Shown here: positions 1 through 12,449 of the stretch, in pieces
Position numbering within the stretch: position 1 is the first letter of the stretch
How the letters are laid out: each line of letters begins with the position of its first letter
DNA from: Trichinella spiralis
Lineage: Eukaryota
DNA length: 64,000 nucleotides
Direction of reading: 5' to 3'
Assembly: GCF_000181795.1 (NCBI RefSeq)
Contig: NW_003526944.1
Location: 4,744,479 to 4,808,478 of the forward strand
Made by a program: the position numbers and the translations under genes
Notes under the pieces: generated by a model
The model's database searches: none
Told to the model about the DNA's origin: nothing
Seen by the model: only the letters and a program-made list of their open reading frames with translations

Positions 1-28
1 CTGCAAACGAACGAATAAAACATGCTAC

Positions 29-59
29 AAATGAATGAATGAATGAATGAATGAATGAA
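29..59. repeat. (AATG)n tetranucleotide microsatellite in an intron of the filamin-like gene
   Basis: aatgaatgaatgaatgaatgaatgaatgaac seen directly. Confidence 0.9.
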
Positions 60-692
60 CATTACAACTGAACATAAATATTCCAAATTGTGAACAAGCA
101 AATTAATTGACATTATTATATAAATAATAAAACCACCGAAGGATAAGATATATGATATTTTGATGATAAATAAGAAGATAGAATATCACGACAAGTTGGG
201 TAAAATTGAGTTGGAAAAGTTTAAATTTAATTCAATTGAACAAACATTTTTCAAATTCTTGTTCAAAAGTCCATCCACTTGTCTCAACTTGTACGTGACA
301 ATCGTTTACTGTAATGAAAATTAAAACAATCCTTGCATAGGTAGGATGTGGAGAAAGTGGGAAAAGTGACGATAAGAATCATATCATGCTGTAAAACTGG
401 CACAACGAAAAGACGATCCCCTTTGAAAATGAATCACCTTTTAAAAATGGGTGTGAATATAAATGAAAAACATTTTCGCTAATTTTTTTAAATTTCTTAT
501 AAAAAAATAAACAAACAAGTTTTCGAAGAATTTTTGTTTTCGTTGAATTGAATTGTCAGTATTATTTAAAAAACAACAAAACAAACAGTTTTAATTTCAA
601 AATAAAAAATGGGATTTTAAATTTGGTCAGACAAAGGTTAGGGGGAAAAATAGCTGAAATTAAATGATGATGACGATGATGATGATGCTTAC

Positions 693-990
693 CAATTTCG
701 TCGGGAACAAATTTCGCTTTGTAAACGTTCGATCGTCTTCGAACAGAACAATCAATTATGCGATCGGTCGGCGAAATTGCTTCGACAAGAATCATCCCTT
801 CTGTCACATCTTTCGGTGTAATCTGCAAATATGGAAATTAATTGTGCCGTCAAAATATTCGCCAAAATGATAAATTTACCAAAATTTCAACCAAAGATCC
901 AATAATGCAAGGTTCCGACAAGCCGACGGTGGCCATGTAACGGCCAGGTTGGCCGTCGCCACCACGCCAGCGGTTACTCAACAGACTCAT
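693..990 (-). CDS. Filamin-like (Ig/filamin-repeat) protein, first two visible coding exons; gene continues left of the window
   Basis: Exon 990-880 (ATG; MSLLSNRWRGGDGQPGRYMATVGLSEPCIIGSLVEIL, GT donor) and exon 822-693 (ITPKDVTEGMILVEAISPTDRIIDCSVRRRSNVYKAKFVPDEIG, GTAAG donor). The Y-x-A-x-F-x-P-x-E-x-G pattern is typical of filamin repeats. A TTTGCAG acceptor lies at positions 7-1. Confidence 0.7.
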
Positions 991-3900
991 CTGTACTGTT
1001 TCGTTTCAAAAGTACAGAAAGTCAGTCAATGAAGGGGAAAGATGAAAAAATTATCCGGTTGAAGCCAATAAATTTTTATGCCTTAAGCACAAAAGCAGTG
1101 GCTACTTTGGGATAATCAACAATTTTACGCCGTCAGTGTTGTTATTGTGCCCATTTATTCGACATCAGCGGGCGAGAAAATTGCAGCACTTGTTTGTTGA
1201 TGTGCTGAAAACTGAAGAGGGCAACAACAGCTTGAACAGAAAAAAAGCAAATAAATAAACAAATAAACAAACAAACAAAATTTGAATTTTGAAAATTACA
1301 CGACTCGAACGAGAACGAGATTTTGGAGAAATGTGAACTGCTTTGGCTGTTCTCTTCTTCTAGTCACTTTTGGAAAGCAATTACCGTAACCGTAGTCGAA
1401 AACAGGTTGCGACGGTTGATTGGTTGGACAGGTGAACGTAGCAGTTGATCCAATCGGAAAATTTCAAACCGTCCTGCCTGCATCAACGGGCTGGAACAGA
1501 ATTTCCAAAATTGTCAATGGTCACTCTCGTTGACCTTGCAACTGGCACCTCCTAGCCTGTATGCAACATATTTGCAATGTATGCAAAACGTCCTTCCGTC
1601 CATTGCAGCGGCTCTTCAAGGACAACAACAAACCAACACGAGAAGCAAATTACTGAATATTACATTACCAAAATGTGTTGTTTTTTTCGTATTTTTTGCT
1701 TTTGCTAATATTTTTTTATTATACCACTGGTAACGGAAATCGAAATTGATGAAACAAGCATTTTCCAATACCAAGCAAGTATTTTTCTATGATAATCGAA
1801 AAAAAGAATATTTGAACTATCGTACACTTATTAAAAACACAACTCTCATATAAGACGTATATTTACAAAAATAAAAGAAAATTGCATGCAATAAAAAACT
1901 TTAACCCAATACAAATGCTAATCATTTTTTAAGATTAGATTTAGTCCAATTCTTCGGCTAGCAACTTGACATGCCACGCCTCAGTCTGTCTGGGTTCAAG
2001 GACAAATATACGATTGGAAATATTGCAATTGCAGTCAATTTTCAGTGGACAAAAATTCAATTCAATTCCATTCTTGTGCAAGGAAATGAACCTCCTCGCA
2101 CAAACAGTGAACTATAATTAACATTCAATTGTACATACATTTTAAGCAATTGAACGATAATAAAATTCGTATTCTATATAGGTTGGGAAGAAACATTTGT
2201 CACGTCGCATCACATTAAAAAAGAAGTCATGTGAATTAAAAAAAAATTTCTTTTCAAATTTGCCAAATTTGAAAATGTTCGTTTAAATCATGTAAACCTC
2301 GTCCATGTAAATTTTCCATTTCTCAACAAGTCATTTCGAATTCTGGTATTAAATAATTTTGAATAAAAGTTTAAACTGAATGTATAAAACAATATTAGCA
2401 TGAAAAAAAAACAGAAAATAAAGTGACAGCTGTCGACAATAACCACCATCTGAACATGCAACCAAGCAACTTGTACAGTATTACGGCGACATTCAATTGA
2501 ACGTTTTATTCAATTCAATTTCCATTTAACAATTGCATATCAAATTTGTAAACGCAAATCAAATGTTCGTTTCGCTAGTGGTGCATTAAAATTTACCAGT
2601 TTTGATTTTGGTTTCGTTTTCGGTATCGGTCATGGTCGTACAATTGGATTGCAGGAAAAATAGTGCAAACGTTACCGACACCACCAACTAATTTTACATA
2701 CACGTGGAATGTAAATTTCAAAAAAAAAATTATTCATATGCTTTCACGAAACAATCAAAAACGATCCATTAAACATTTAAGAGCATGTCAACGATTATTA
2801 AATATTTACATTTAAAAGTTTACTGCAAATAGGATCAACTAAATTCAATTACCATTTATTATTTATGTATTCACCATTTGATGACTGCCAAAACTTCACA
2901 TTCATATTTTAAAGCACATAAAAATACAAAAAAACAACTCACGAGTTGTCTTTCCAAATTTTAAATTATCATTTTTCTTCTATTCAATGTAGGATAAAGA
3001 AAGTATTTCTTCCAATGAAGTTGCTACATTCTAAAACAAATAACAATTAAGCAAAAAAGTGTCGCTTTTCTGTTACAGTCAACAACTATTATGATTCGTT
3101 TTTTGTTATTCTGATGTTTGTATTATTGACTTTTTGCTTTCATCACTAATATACCGGAAAAGTTATTTTATTTATTCAATTTAGTTTTTCAGTTTTCCTT
3201 TGTAATGTAAATTGGGATAATGCATTTGATTAAAAATACAATGACGACATTTAGTTGCATGTTCATTATTTTCAAATGATCATGCGATCATCAGAACAAT
3301 TGAAATTTGATCATTCAATTGCCAATTTCTGATTGATGATTTGCAATTTTTGAAAAAATAATTTATTCAAAAATAAATTTCTCACTTCATCACAGTATAC
3401 ATTATTGTAAAATCAAGTTCATAATAAATACGTCGTTCGTTTTCAGCGAATTTATTTGAATTAATTTCAAATGTCACAAAAACAATTTTATTTTGAAAAA
3501 AAAACTATTTAAAAAACTGTTATTACTCATTTTTGTTAATTTTGTAATATACTGTAGTAAATTTGTAATGAGGGATTAATTGCTTTTGTAGAAATTTTCA
3601 AAAAGTTGCAATTCAATTTACAGTTAATAGTGAGATGACAGTTAATTAATAGTATGTCATTTGAACATTTCAGAATTTGCACATTATTTTAAAATTGTAA
3701 AAAATATGAAAATATATTTCTAATGATAATTTTTACAAAAAAAACGAACAGATGTGTTTGTTCACTTACGATGGAGATTGATTCATTATTTGTATAACTG
3801 AGATAGGTGAAATTAAATAAACAATATCTAAAAATATCAACATAAAATATTAGTTTTAGCTAATAGCAAAATTGCACGAAAAAAGTTGAAAAAAAACAGA

Positions 3901-4617
3901 AACAATTTTTGAAGTTCTATTCAAACTGAAACAAAGTCAATAGTTGAAAGTGAAAAGTTTAACATTGATTTGAATGTAAAATTCATCATTATTTCCCGCA
4001 TATTAGTTGTGAAGGAAATTGTTTTTTTCTTTTTTAAATTTTCGTAAAGTTTTTTCTTTGGTTCTCTACTTCTGAAAAATGTTCATCGACGTGAAAGTTT
4101 GCTTTGCGTTGTCGTTCTTCAACAAACATCCAGACGAATTCGCTTTTCGCCCAAGTTGTTGTCTGCATTTTGTTGAACATCTGCGGCGCGCCTGTTGACC
4201 TGCCAGCTTTTTGACACGAACAAGCTAACACTAGCAAGCTTCGATGTTGGCACTGACTTCATCATCATCATCAAAAGCAAGCAAACTCTCGTTCATAGTC
4301 ATTTTACTGCTGCTGTTGCTGTTGCTGCATGCTATTTCATTCAACCTATACGCTTGCCATTTGTCCAAAGCGTTGGAAATTGAACGCTCTCTGATCATCA
4401 TTGATATTTTTCTCTTATTCCATATTTCACTGTTTTTCCAATAATTTTCTCTCCATATCGATGATATTCTTCTTTTCATCTTTTCTATTTAAATTTCAAC
4501 CACTACTTTTTGTTCTACTGATGATTCAATTTGATTTTATTAATTATTTTTCAAAAAAATAATACTATGCTAATTTGACTGTTATGTATGTAGATTGTGA
4601 CGGTGTGCATGTCAGTG

Positions 4618-7600
4618 ATGAGGATTTTAACAACAGTCGTTGTATCGTTGTTGGTTTTCTTCAATCGGCGACAATTCACCAATGCATACGCACCACCGGA
4701 TTGTAAAGGTTGTGCACCACCATGCATTTGTCCCGGTCTTAAAGGTGAACGAGTAAGTATTTATTTCATTTCATTAATTGTAAAACAAAATTATTAATAA
4801 TTAAATGTTAATTCTTCTTGTATGAAAAATTTTATCTTTCCCAAATAAATTGTGTGTGTGTGTATGATTCTTGATAAATAAATTTTATTATCAGCACCAA
4901 CTTCAACGTCTATTTTTACTGCCATGAAGTAGCTTAGTATTGCTTAGTACGATGCATTTCATTTAGCTGGAATTTGTCAACTGCATTTTCCAGTGCCAAA
5001 TGTTGCGCACATTTTTTCCTGCCATGAGCATGTTTCAAGTTAACTTTGAAAAAAATATCCTTAATTTTTAAGTTTCAGCTTTTACCTTTTTCCAAAGAAT
5101 TTGAACCATTTGCCGCTCCTTCATTACAACTCAATCGCCTATTGGTCATCTACAAATAAAATAAAATAAATTTAAAAATAAAAAACTTCCAAATGACAGC
5201 TAAAAATTGAAGTATCGAATACGTATCAGCTTTTCAAATGGCATGCGTGTGATTTTTCGCAACTAGAGATGAAACATTTTCGTAAAATATGCATCAAAAA
5301 GTAAACATATTTTAAAAGATCAAATTATAAAAGTGAACATTTGAATGATGAGAAAATATATGTAAACAAAAGTAAACTGAAATATAATAGCAACAAATTA
5401 ATTTTAAGCGTGATGAAAGCACAGATAAACATTTTATTTTTTATTTTACTTTCATACTATTGAAACATTACTGGGATCATGAAAAAAATATTATTTTTAT
5501 TTATAACGTTTCTGATTAAATTGAATTCAATTTCAGGGTGATGTTGGTTTCATGGGACTACCAGGTCATCCTGGAGAACCAGGTGATCCTGGAGACGAGG
5601 GTCCTGAAGGTATGCAAGGCCAAATAGGCCAGCAAGGTGAACCAGGACCAGTTGGCCTGAAAGGTTATAGAGTAAGCAGATAGATTGTGTTCATTATTCT
5701 GATTATGAATGGAATTCAGTGGAAAAAATGTTCAGGGTGCACAAGGAGAACCCGGTCTGCGGGGTTTGCCCGGCATTCCAGGGTTGGCTGGATTCGATGG
5801 TCCGATGGGACCTCCTGGAATTCCAGGCTGTAATGGAACTGATGTATGCTTCTTTTCAATTAATTGGACATACTTTCGCTGATGATTTAAATTTTAAGGG
5901 ACGTATGGGTGCACCGGGACTTCCAGGGTTACCTGGTTCTCAGGGTCCTCCTGGAATGGAGGGTGCACAAGGACCGCGTGGTGATACTGGCGAAGGAGGC
6001 ATCAATTCTGCCGGTATTAAAGGTGAACGTGGTGAATCCGGCAAACCTGGAACTCAGGCAATTGAATTTTATTATGCTCAAGAATGTGACAATAACTTCA
6101 ACAAACAATATGTTTTATTCATTTCCAGGGCAGACCTGGAATGCCAGGCAGAGATGGTGTCAAAGGCGAAAAAGGAGACATCGGTTATGTGGGCTATCCT
6201 GGTCCTCCTGGACCGCCTGGACCAAAAGGTGCTATGGGCTTGTTCCGAGCCGGACAGAAAGGAGAAAAAGGAGCAGCCGGCTTGCCAGGTTCACCTGGAC
6301 CGCCTGGACAGCTCACGGCTCTGCGCCTTGGCGAAATGGATATTCTTCAAGGACCGGAAGGAAATCCTGGCCCGAAAGTATATAATTTATTTCAGTCACT
6401 TTATTTTTTTACATTAGTGTTTTTTGAATATTCGATTTGGTTATCATTACTTAGGGAGAGAAAGGCGATTATGGAACGGTCGGTCCGCCAGGAATGCCCG
6501 GTGCTGTTGGAGAGCCTGGTTATCCTGGATTGAAGGGTATGAAAGGCGAACCCGGCCCACCCGGAGCTTTGGTAAGACAGCCGTACTACTTTACGCAAAA
6601 GAATTTAAAAACAAATGTTTCTTTACGTTTCACTTGTGCAGGGAAAACGTGGAAAAGATGGAACGCGGGGCGCGGCTGGTGAAAAAGGTTCCACTGGTGA
6701 TGCAGGAGGACCGGGACGACCTGGTCGACCAGGATTAAAAGGAGAAATGGGTGATGAAGGAACCCCTGGTCGTCGAGGCCCGCAAGGAGATCCAGGTCCA
6801 CCTGGTTTACCCGGAGTTGGTCGCGGATTAAAAGGAGCAAGAGGAATTGAAGGTCCTGATGGAGCTCCTGGACCAAAAGGCTTGCCGGGAAAAGATGGCT
6901 TGCCTGGTTTGAGTGGTAAACGTGGACCAATAGGTCTACCTGGACCGCCAGGCGAAGTCGGCGTTGATGGTCGCCCAGGCTATTCAGAAAAAGGAATGAA
7001 AGGAAATGATGGTACTATTATCCCGTTGAAAATTTACTTGCATCGTTTGTTTTCAATTGGCTTATTGTTCATAAAATGATTTTTTTCACGCAGGCTATCC
7101 TGGTCTACGAGGAGAACCTGGCTATCCGGGAATGCCCGGCTTGCAAGGACCTCCTGGTGAAATTGGCTTCCCTGGATCGACAATTTACGGACCACCTGGA
7201 CGAGATGGGTACCCTGGATTGGATGGTATTCCAGGTCCTCCAGGAGAACGCGGAGATCCTGGAAAGCCAGGTAATAATGCAAAGTTTTGGATTTTTTAAA
7301 TAAAACTGAGTGAGAAACGCTAAAGAAATGCTTCTCTTCTGTTGCGTCAACTTCTACTTTGCATTAAACGTTAAACATTCAGGTTTGAAGGGAATGCCAG
7401 GAACAGGTAAACCACTGGTTGGCCCGCCTGGCCAAATAGGCTTCCCTGGACTGCAAGGTGATCCTGGTCGCGTCGGTGTGCCAGGCCGAGTAGGCGCACC
7501 GGGTTTGAAAGGACTTCCAGGAGATGACTGTGGAAAATGTCCAGATGGAACTCCTGGTGTAAAAGGTACGAGAGGAGATGCCGGTTTACCTGGCTACGCA

Positions 7601-10600
7601 GGGATTCGTGGTCCTGAAGGATCTCCGGGTTTGCCCGGACCAAAAGGCAAAACTGGCTTTCCTGGCAGAGATGGAGAACCTGGTTTGCAGGTAAACTACT
7701 TTTCTGCACATTCTCATTCACAGAATTCAGTAACTGAAACACGCGTGCATGTGCGTTCAAATAAATAATGCTCCCTCAAAAATGCAAAATGGGATCATAG
7801 CCTCCAGTGACTGATTTCATTAATCACAAGACTTTAGGAATGTTGCAGCTTTTCTGCTGTTTTACTGTTTTCAATGATCACTTTTGAACTAGGGTTATCG
7901 AGGAGCTCCCGGTTATCCTGGAAGACCAGGAGACAAGGGTGATGCAGGTGACGCGATTGGAACGCCAAACGCTGGACGACCCGGAGCTAAAGGCGAACCT
8001 GGAATACCAGGATTTCCCGGCCAACGCGGTCCGATGGGTGATGCCGGTAGAGATGGTTCGCCAGGCTTACCTGGTGCACCAGGTTTGCCTGGAGAAAGAG
8101 GACTTCCTGGATCAAGAGCAAAAAATGGACGAATGGGGAAAGCCGGTTTTCCTGGACCGAAAGGTGAACCAGGGGATTCATTCCCTGGCCCACCGGGTAT
8201 TCCTGGAATGAAGGGTATCCGGGGTGATCCGGGTATACCTGGCTTTGCTGGTCCTCAAGGTGCGGCAGGCCCCGCTGCGCCGGACATGATTCTCAAAGGT
8301 GAGCCTGGCTTACCTGGTCGTCCGGGAATTCCTGGCCAAAAGGGTGAGTTCGGCTATCCTGGTTTGCCAGGAGAACGTGGTGACCCTGGTTACGCTGGTC
8401 AACCCGGTCCAGCTGGCATGATCGGAGAAACGGGACCCAGTATACCAGGAATACCTGGTCCTAAAGGATATCCCGGAATGAAAGGCTCTAACGGTCTTCC
8501 TGGCTTTCCAGGCATTCCTGGTCTACCTGGCAAAGATGGAATACCTGGTGTCGGTGGCACCAAGGTAAGAAAAGAATGCAAATGAATTTCATTCTTCACT
8601 AAGTGTTACGCTGTTGTTTTGAAATTTTTTCAATAATTATTATAGGGTGTCAAAGGAGATGCAATAGTTGGACCAATCGGCCCTGCCGGTCCTCAAGGTT
8701 CAAGAGGAGTTCCTGGAGAACGGGGAGTACCTGGTCTGCCTGGACAGGATGGTGCAGAGGGTGACATTGGCCAAAAAGGTTATCCTGGATTAAAAGGCAA
8801 TGCAGGTTCGGCTGGACAACCTGGCTTAATGGGACTGAAAGGCGCACAAGGATTGGATGGCTTGCCAGGTCTTCCTGGATCTGACGGACGCCCTGGGATC
8901 GTCGGTTCGCCAGGTGAACCAGGCAGACCGGGTCTTCGTGGCAATGACGGAATTCCAGGTGCTCCTGGAAAAAGCGGCCCGATAGGCAGTGCTGGCGTTC
9001 CTGGAGCAGCAGGATTGCCTGGAATGGCAGGCACACCCGGTCTGAAAGGGGAATCTGGGGAACCAGGATTTCCTGGTGCACAAGGTCCACAGGGAGACGC
9101 TGGTCTACCAGGTAGACCGGGAATTGATGGACAAAAAGGCGAGTCAGGTCTTCCTGGAATCATGGGGCCAAAGGGAATGGTAGGAGAAGTTGGATTAGCT
9201 GGTTTACCAGGCAGAAGTGGTCTGGCTGGCCGAAAAGGAGAACAAGGTGATCATGGATTTGCTGGAACCAAAGGCACGCGCGGTGATCCCGGATACCTAG
9301 CCGCTCAAGGACCGCCTGGTGATATGGGTGATCCGGGTACGTTTTAAGATGAACTTTTGACACATCTACGGCCTGTTGTTGTTGCTACTTTTCAGGAGAA
9401 GTTGGACCTGCAGGTAATCCTGGTGTGGCAGGGCTTCAAGGTGTTCGTGGTGAAAAAGGAGCTCCTGGTGACTCATTCCCAGGTGCGAGTGGAAATGCAG
9501 GTGAGCGTGGCGATCCAGGTTTGCCAGGGTTGGCAGCAAAACCTGGTTTTCCTGGACCTCCAGGTGATGCCGGCGTTGTAGGTAAGCGAATGCAGAACAG
9601 TGCCAAAGCACGTTGATTGTTTTGAAATGTTTATCGTCTGTCTGTTCACATTTCAATTTCACTGGACAACTAAATGTTGCAGGCATGAAGGGCATTCCTG
9701 GAAATGCAGGCACACCTGGCCTACCTGGCATGCCTGGCCAACCAGGCATACCAGGGTCGAAAGGTGAACGTGGAAATGCAGGCATTCCTGGTGTGAGAGG
9801 TTTGGATGGTGCAAAAGTATGGGTTTGATTCATTGAAATGTTTTCCATCTATTTTGAAAATGAATTCCACTTTTAGGGGGAAGATGGATTACCAGGGCAA
9901 AAGGGTTATCCCGGTTTGGCTGGCAACAATGGTCTCGAAGGTATGCCAGGTTTACCTGGAATGCCTGGTGTCAAAGGAGAAGCAGGGTTGTCGGGCATTC
10001 CTGGATTGCCTGGTGTAGGTGGTCTCAAAGGAAATAAAGGCGAAAGCGGTTTGCCAGGCTATCCTGGTCCAAAAGGAGATATTGGCGTGCCTGGCAAAGC
10101 CGGCTATCCAGGAGTTAAAGGTGAAGTTGGCATTGGTGGAATACCGGGCAAAAGAGGTCGAGATGGCATTCCAGGTATTCCAGGGAGAAAGGGAGATGCA
10201 GGAAACCCAGGTTTGCCAGGTGCACCAGGCTTTGGAGTTAAAGGTGACCCAGGTTTTCCAGGGTTACCTGGTATGGAAGGCACCGGTTCACCGGGTGCCA
10301 AAGGTGAACGCGGAGAGGCGGGTTTGCCGGGCATGATGGGCAGTGCTGGTGCGAGCGGCGACCCCGGATATCCAGGACAAATCGGTGAAAAGGGTGTTCC
10401 GGGTATTCCTGGAAAAAGAGGCAAAAAGGGAGCGTCTGGATTGCCAGGACCGAGAGGAGATGCAGGATATCCGGGAATGAAAGGACAAGGAGGTAGACCA
10501 GGTGCGGAAGGTCGTCCTGGCGATTTCGGAGTACAAGGACAGCCTGGACCTGCAGGCGATGCAGGCTTTCCCGGTCGAAAAGGTGAAAGTGGCGTCCCTG

Positions 10601-11981
10601 GCCTGGTAGGCGTTCCAGGTTTTCCAGGAGCGAAAGGGGACCGTGGAGATCCAGGTAGTTTCGGATTGCCGGGTTTTCCTGGTCTAAAGGGCGACACGGG
10701 CGATCCAGGACCAGTTGGTCCGATGCATCCGTACAGCGAACAGCGGCATTCTCCACCGGGTATGAGAGGACGACCCGGTGAGCCGGGCATTCAAGGCCCC
10801 GCCGGTTTGCCAGGCAGCAGAGGCATGCCTGGCCCACCGGGTGTGCCCGGTGCAAGAGGTGATAAAGGTCTCGCTGGCACTCCTGGACGTCCTGGTGTGC
10901 CAGGGCCGAAAGGATCGAGTGGAAATTTTGGAAACGCTGGTTTTCCTGGAAACGTGGGACCGCCTGGAAATCCTGGTTTTCCCGGCGTGCCTGGCATTAG
11001 AGGTGGCATAGCGCCTAGTCGTGGTTTTTACTTCGCTCGCCATTCGCAAACAACTGCCGTACCGAACTGCCCAGCCGGCACCACTCCGATGTGGACAGGC
11101 TATTCACTGCTTTACATTCAAGGTGATGGAAAATCATCTGGCCAAGATTTGGGTAAGCAGAAGTTTCCTTTTTTCGAACTTTTCCAACTGTACTGGAAAG
11201 AGGAAAATCTTTTTCCTTGTCAGGGTTGCCAGGAAGTTGTCTCCGAAAATTCAGTACCATGCCATTCATGCCGTGCAATTTAAATAATGAATGTCACATC
11301 GCGTCACGAAGTGACTATTCATATTGGCTAGCGACAGAAGAGCCAATGACCGCCTCAATGGCACCGGTTTCTGGTTTCGGAATCCGGCCTTACATTAGTC
11401 GTTGTGTGGTTTGTGAATTGCCAACACAAGTGGTTGCTTTGCACAGTCAAACGAACGATATACCCCGTTGTCCAAGAGGATGGACTGGATTATGGACCGG
11501 CTACAGTTTCATCATGGTAAGTGGAATTGCAGAAAGCTTTTTTAAATTCAATAACACTTTTGAAATTATTGAATAATAATAAATAAACTGCGACGTACCG
11601 TGATATTTTTGATGCGTGCAGATGAAGAAAATTGTCCTTTGATTATAGCACACAGCCGCTGGCGCCGAAGGAACTGGCCAAAATTTACAATCGCCCGGAT
11701 CTTGTCTAGAATCCTTTCGCACGTTACCATTCATCGAATGCCACGGCCGAGGAACTTGCAATCATTACGCGACCAACCACGCGTTTTGGTTAGCCGTCAT
11801 CGACCGAGTAATGGAATTTTGATTTTGCCTTTGAATTTGTGTTGTTAAATAGTGCTTTTTCCCTTCATTTTCACAGGATATGATGTTCAAGAAACCGTAT
11901 TCAGAAACGCTGAAAGCTGGTGGTTTGAAACAGCGCGTCAGCCGATGCCAAGTGTGCATGAAGAATCCGCCAGTGTACTGA
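4618..11981 (+). CDS. emb-9: Type IV collagen alpha-1 chain (emb-9 ortholog), 17 exons, about 1757 aa
   Basis: Exons 4618-4752, 5537-5671, 5736-5843, 5899-6057, 6129-6377, 6455-6571, 6642-7011, 7094-7270, 7383-7690, 7893-8564, 8646-9336, 9396-9581, 9683-9816, 9877-11152, 11224-11516, 11649-11807, 11877-11981 (sum 5274 nt). Signal peptide, then [12 protein letters not shown] as in EMB-9, 7S GCNGT glycosylation site, interrupted Gly-X-Y repeats, and a full NC1 domain ([12 protein letters not shown]...SRCQVCMK). An alternative in-frame ATG lies at 4609. Confidence 0.97.
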
Positions 11982-12449
11982 TTGAGTGAAGCGTAAAAAG
12001 CACAGTTAATCCAGTTTTGTTTGCAAGCTATTTATTTACATTATGCTTATTCCGCTGCCCCGCTTTTTACAAATATATAAAGCTCATCAATACGTAAACC
12101 ACCTCTTTCTTCTCCTTTTCACACTTTTTATTCATATTCTCTCTTTTCTTTCTCACTGTTACTGAAATTGAACTGCCAATTATCAAAGAATGCTGCTCCT
12201 CCCATATTCAATCTGGATAGACATTTTCTGATAACTGTTGTTAAAACTATTTCAATTAAATAAAATTCCCTTCGAAATTCCATCCTCAGATTTGATTCTT
12301 TTCATTGTTGTATTCATTCATTATTAAAAGCTTGTACACTCTGATCGTTAATATTATTTATTGCCTGTTCTTCAACAGCTGTGCAACAATTTTCCAATGG
12401 CTTTGTAAAAGAGAAAATTTGACATAAAAATTTTCAAGATCGGTTAACA

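Noticed and set aside
4034..4479. Short minus-strand ORFs upstream of collagen (82 and 67 aa)
   Set aside because: No recognisable domain or convincing splice structure; low-complexity; likely promoter/UTR DNA
6401..11278. Many minus-strand and off-frame ORFs rich in PG repeats
   Set aside because: Antisense and frame shadows of the Gly-X-Y collagen codons
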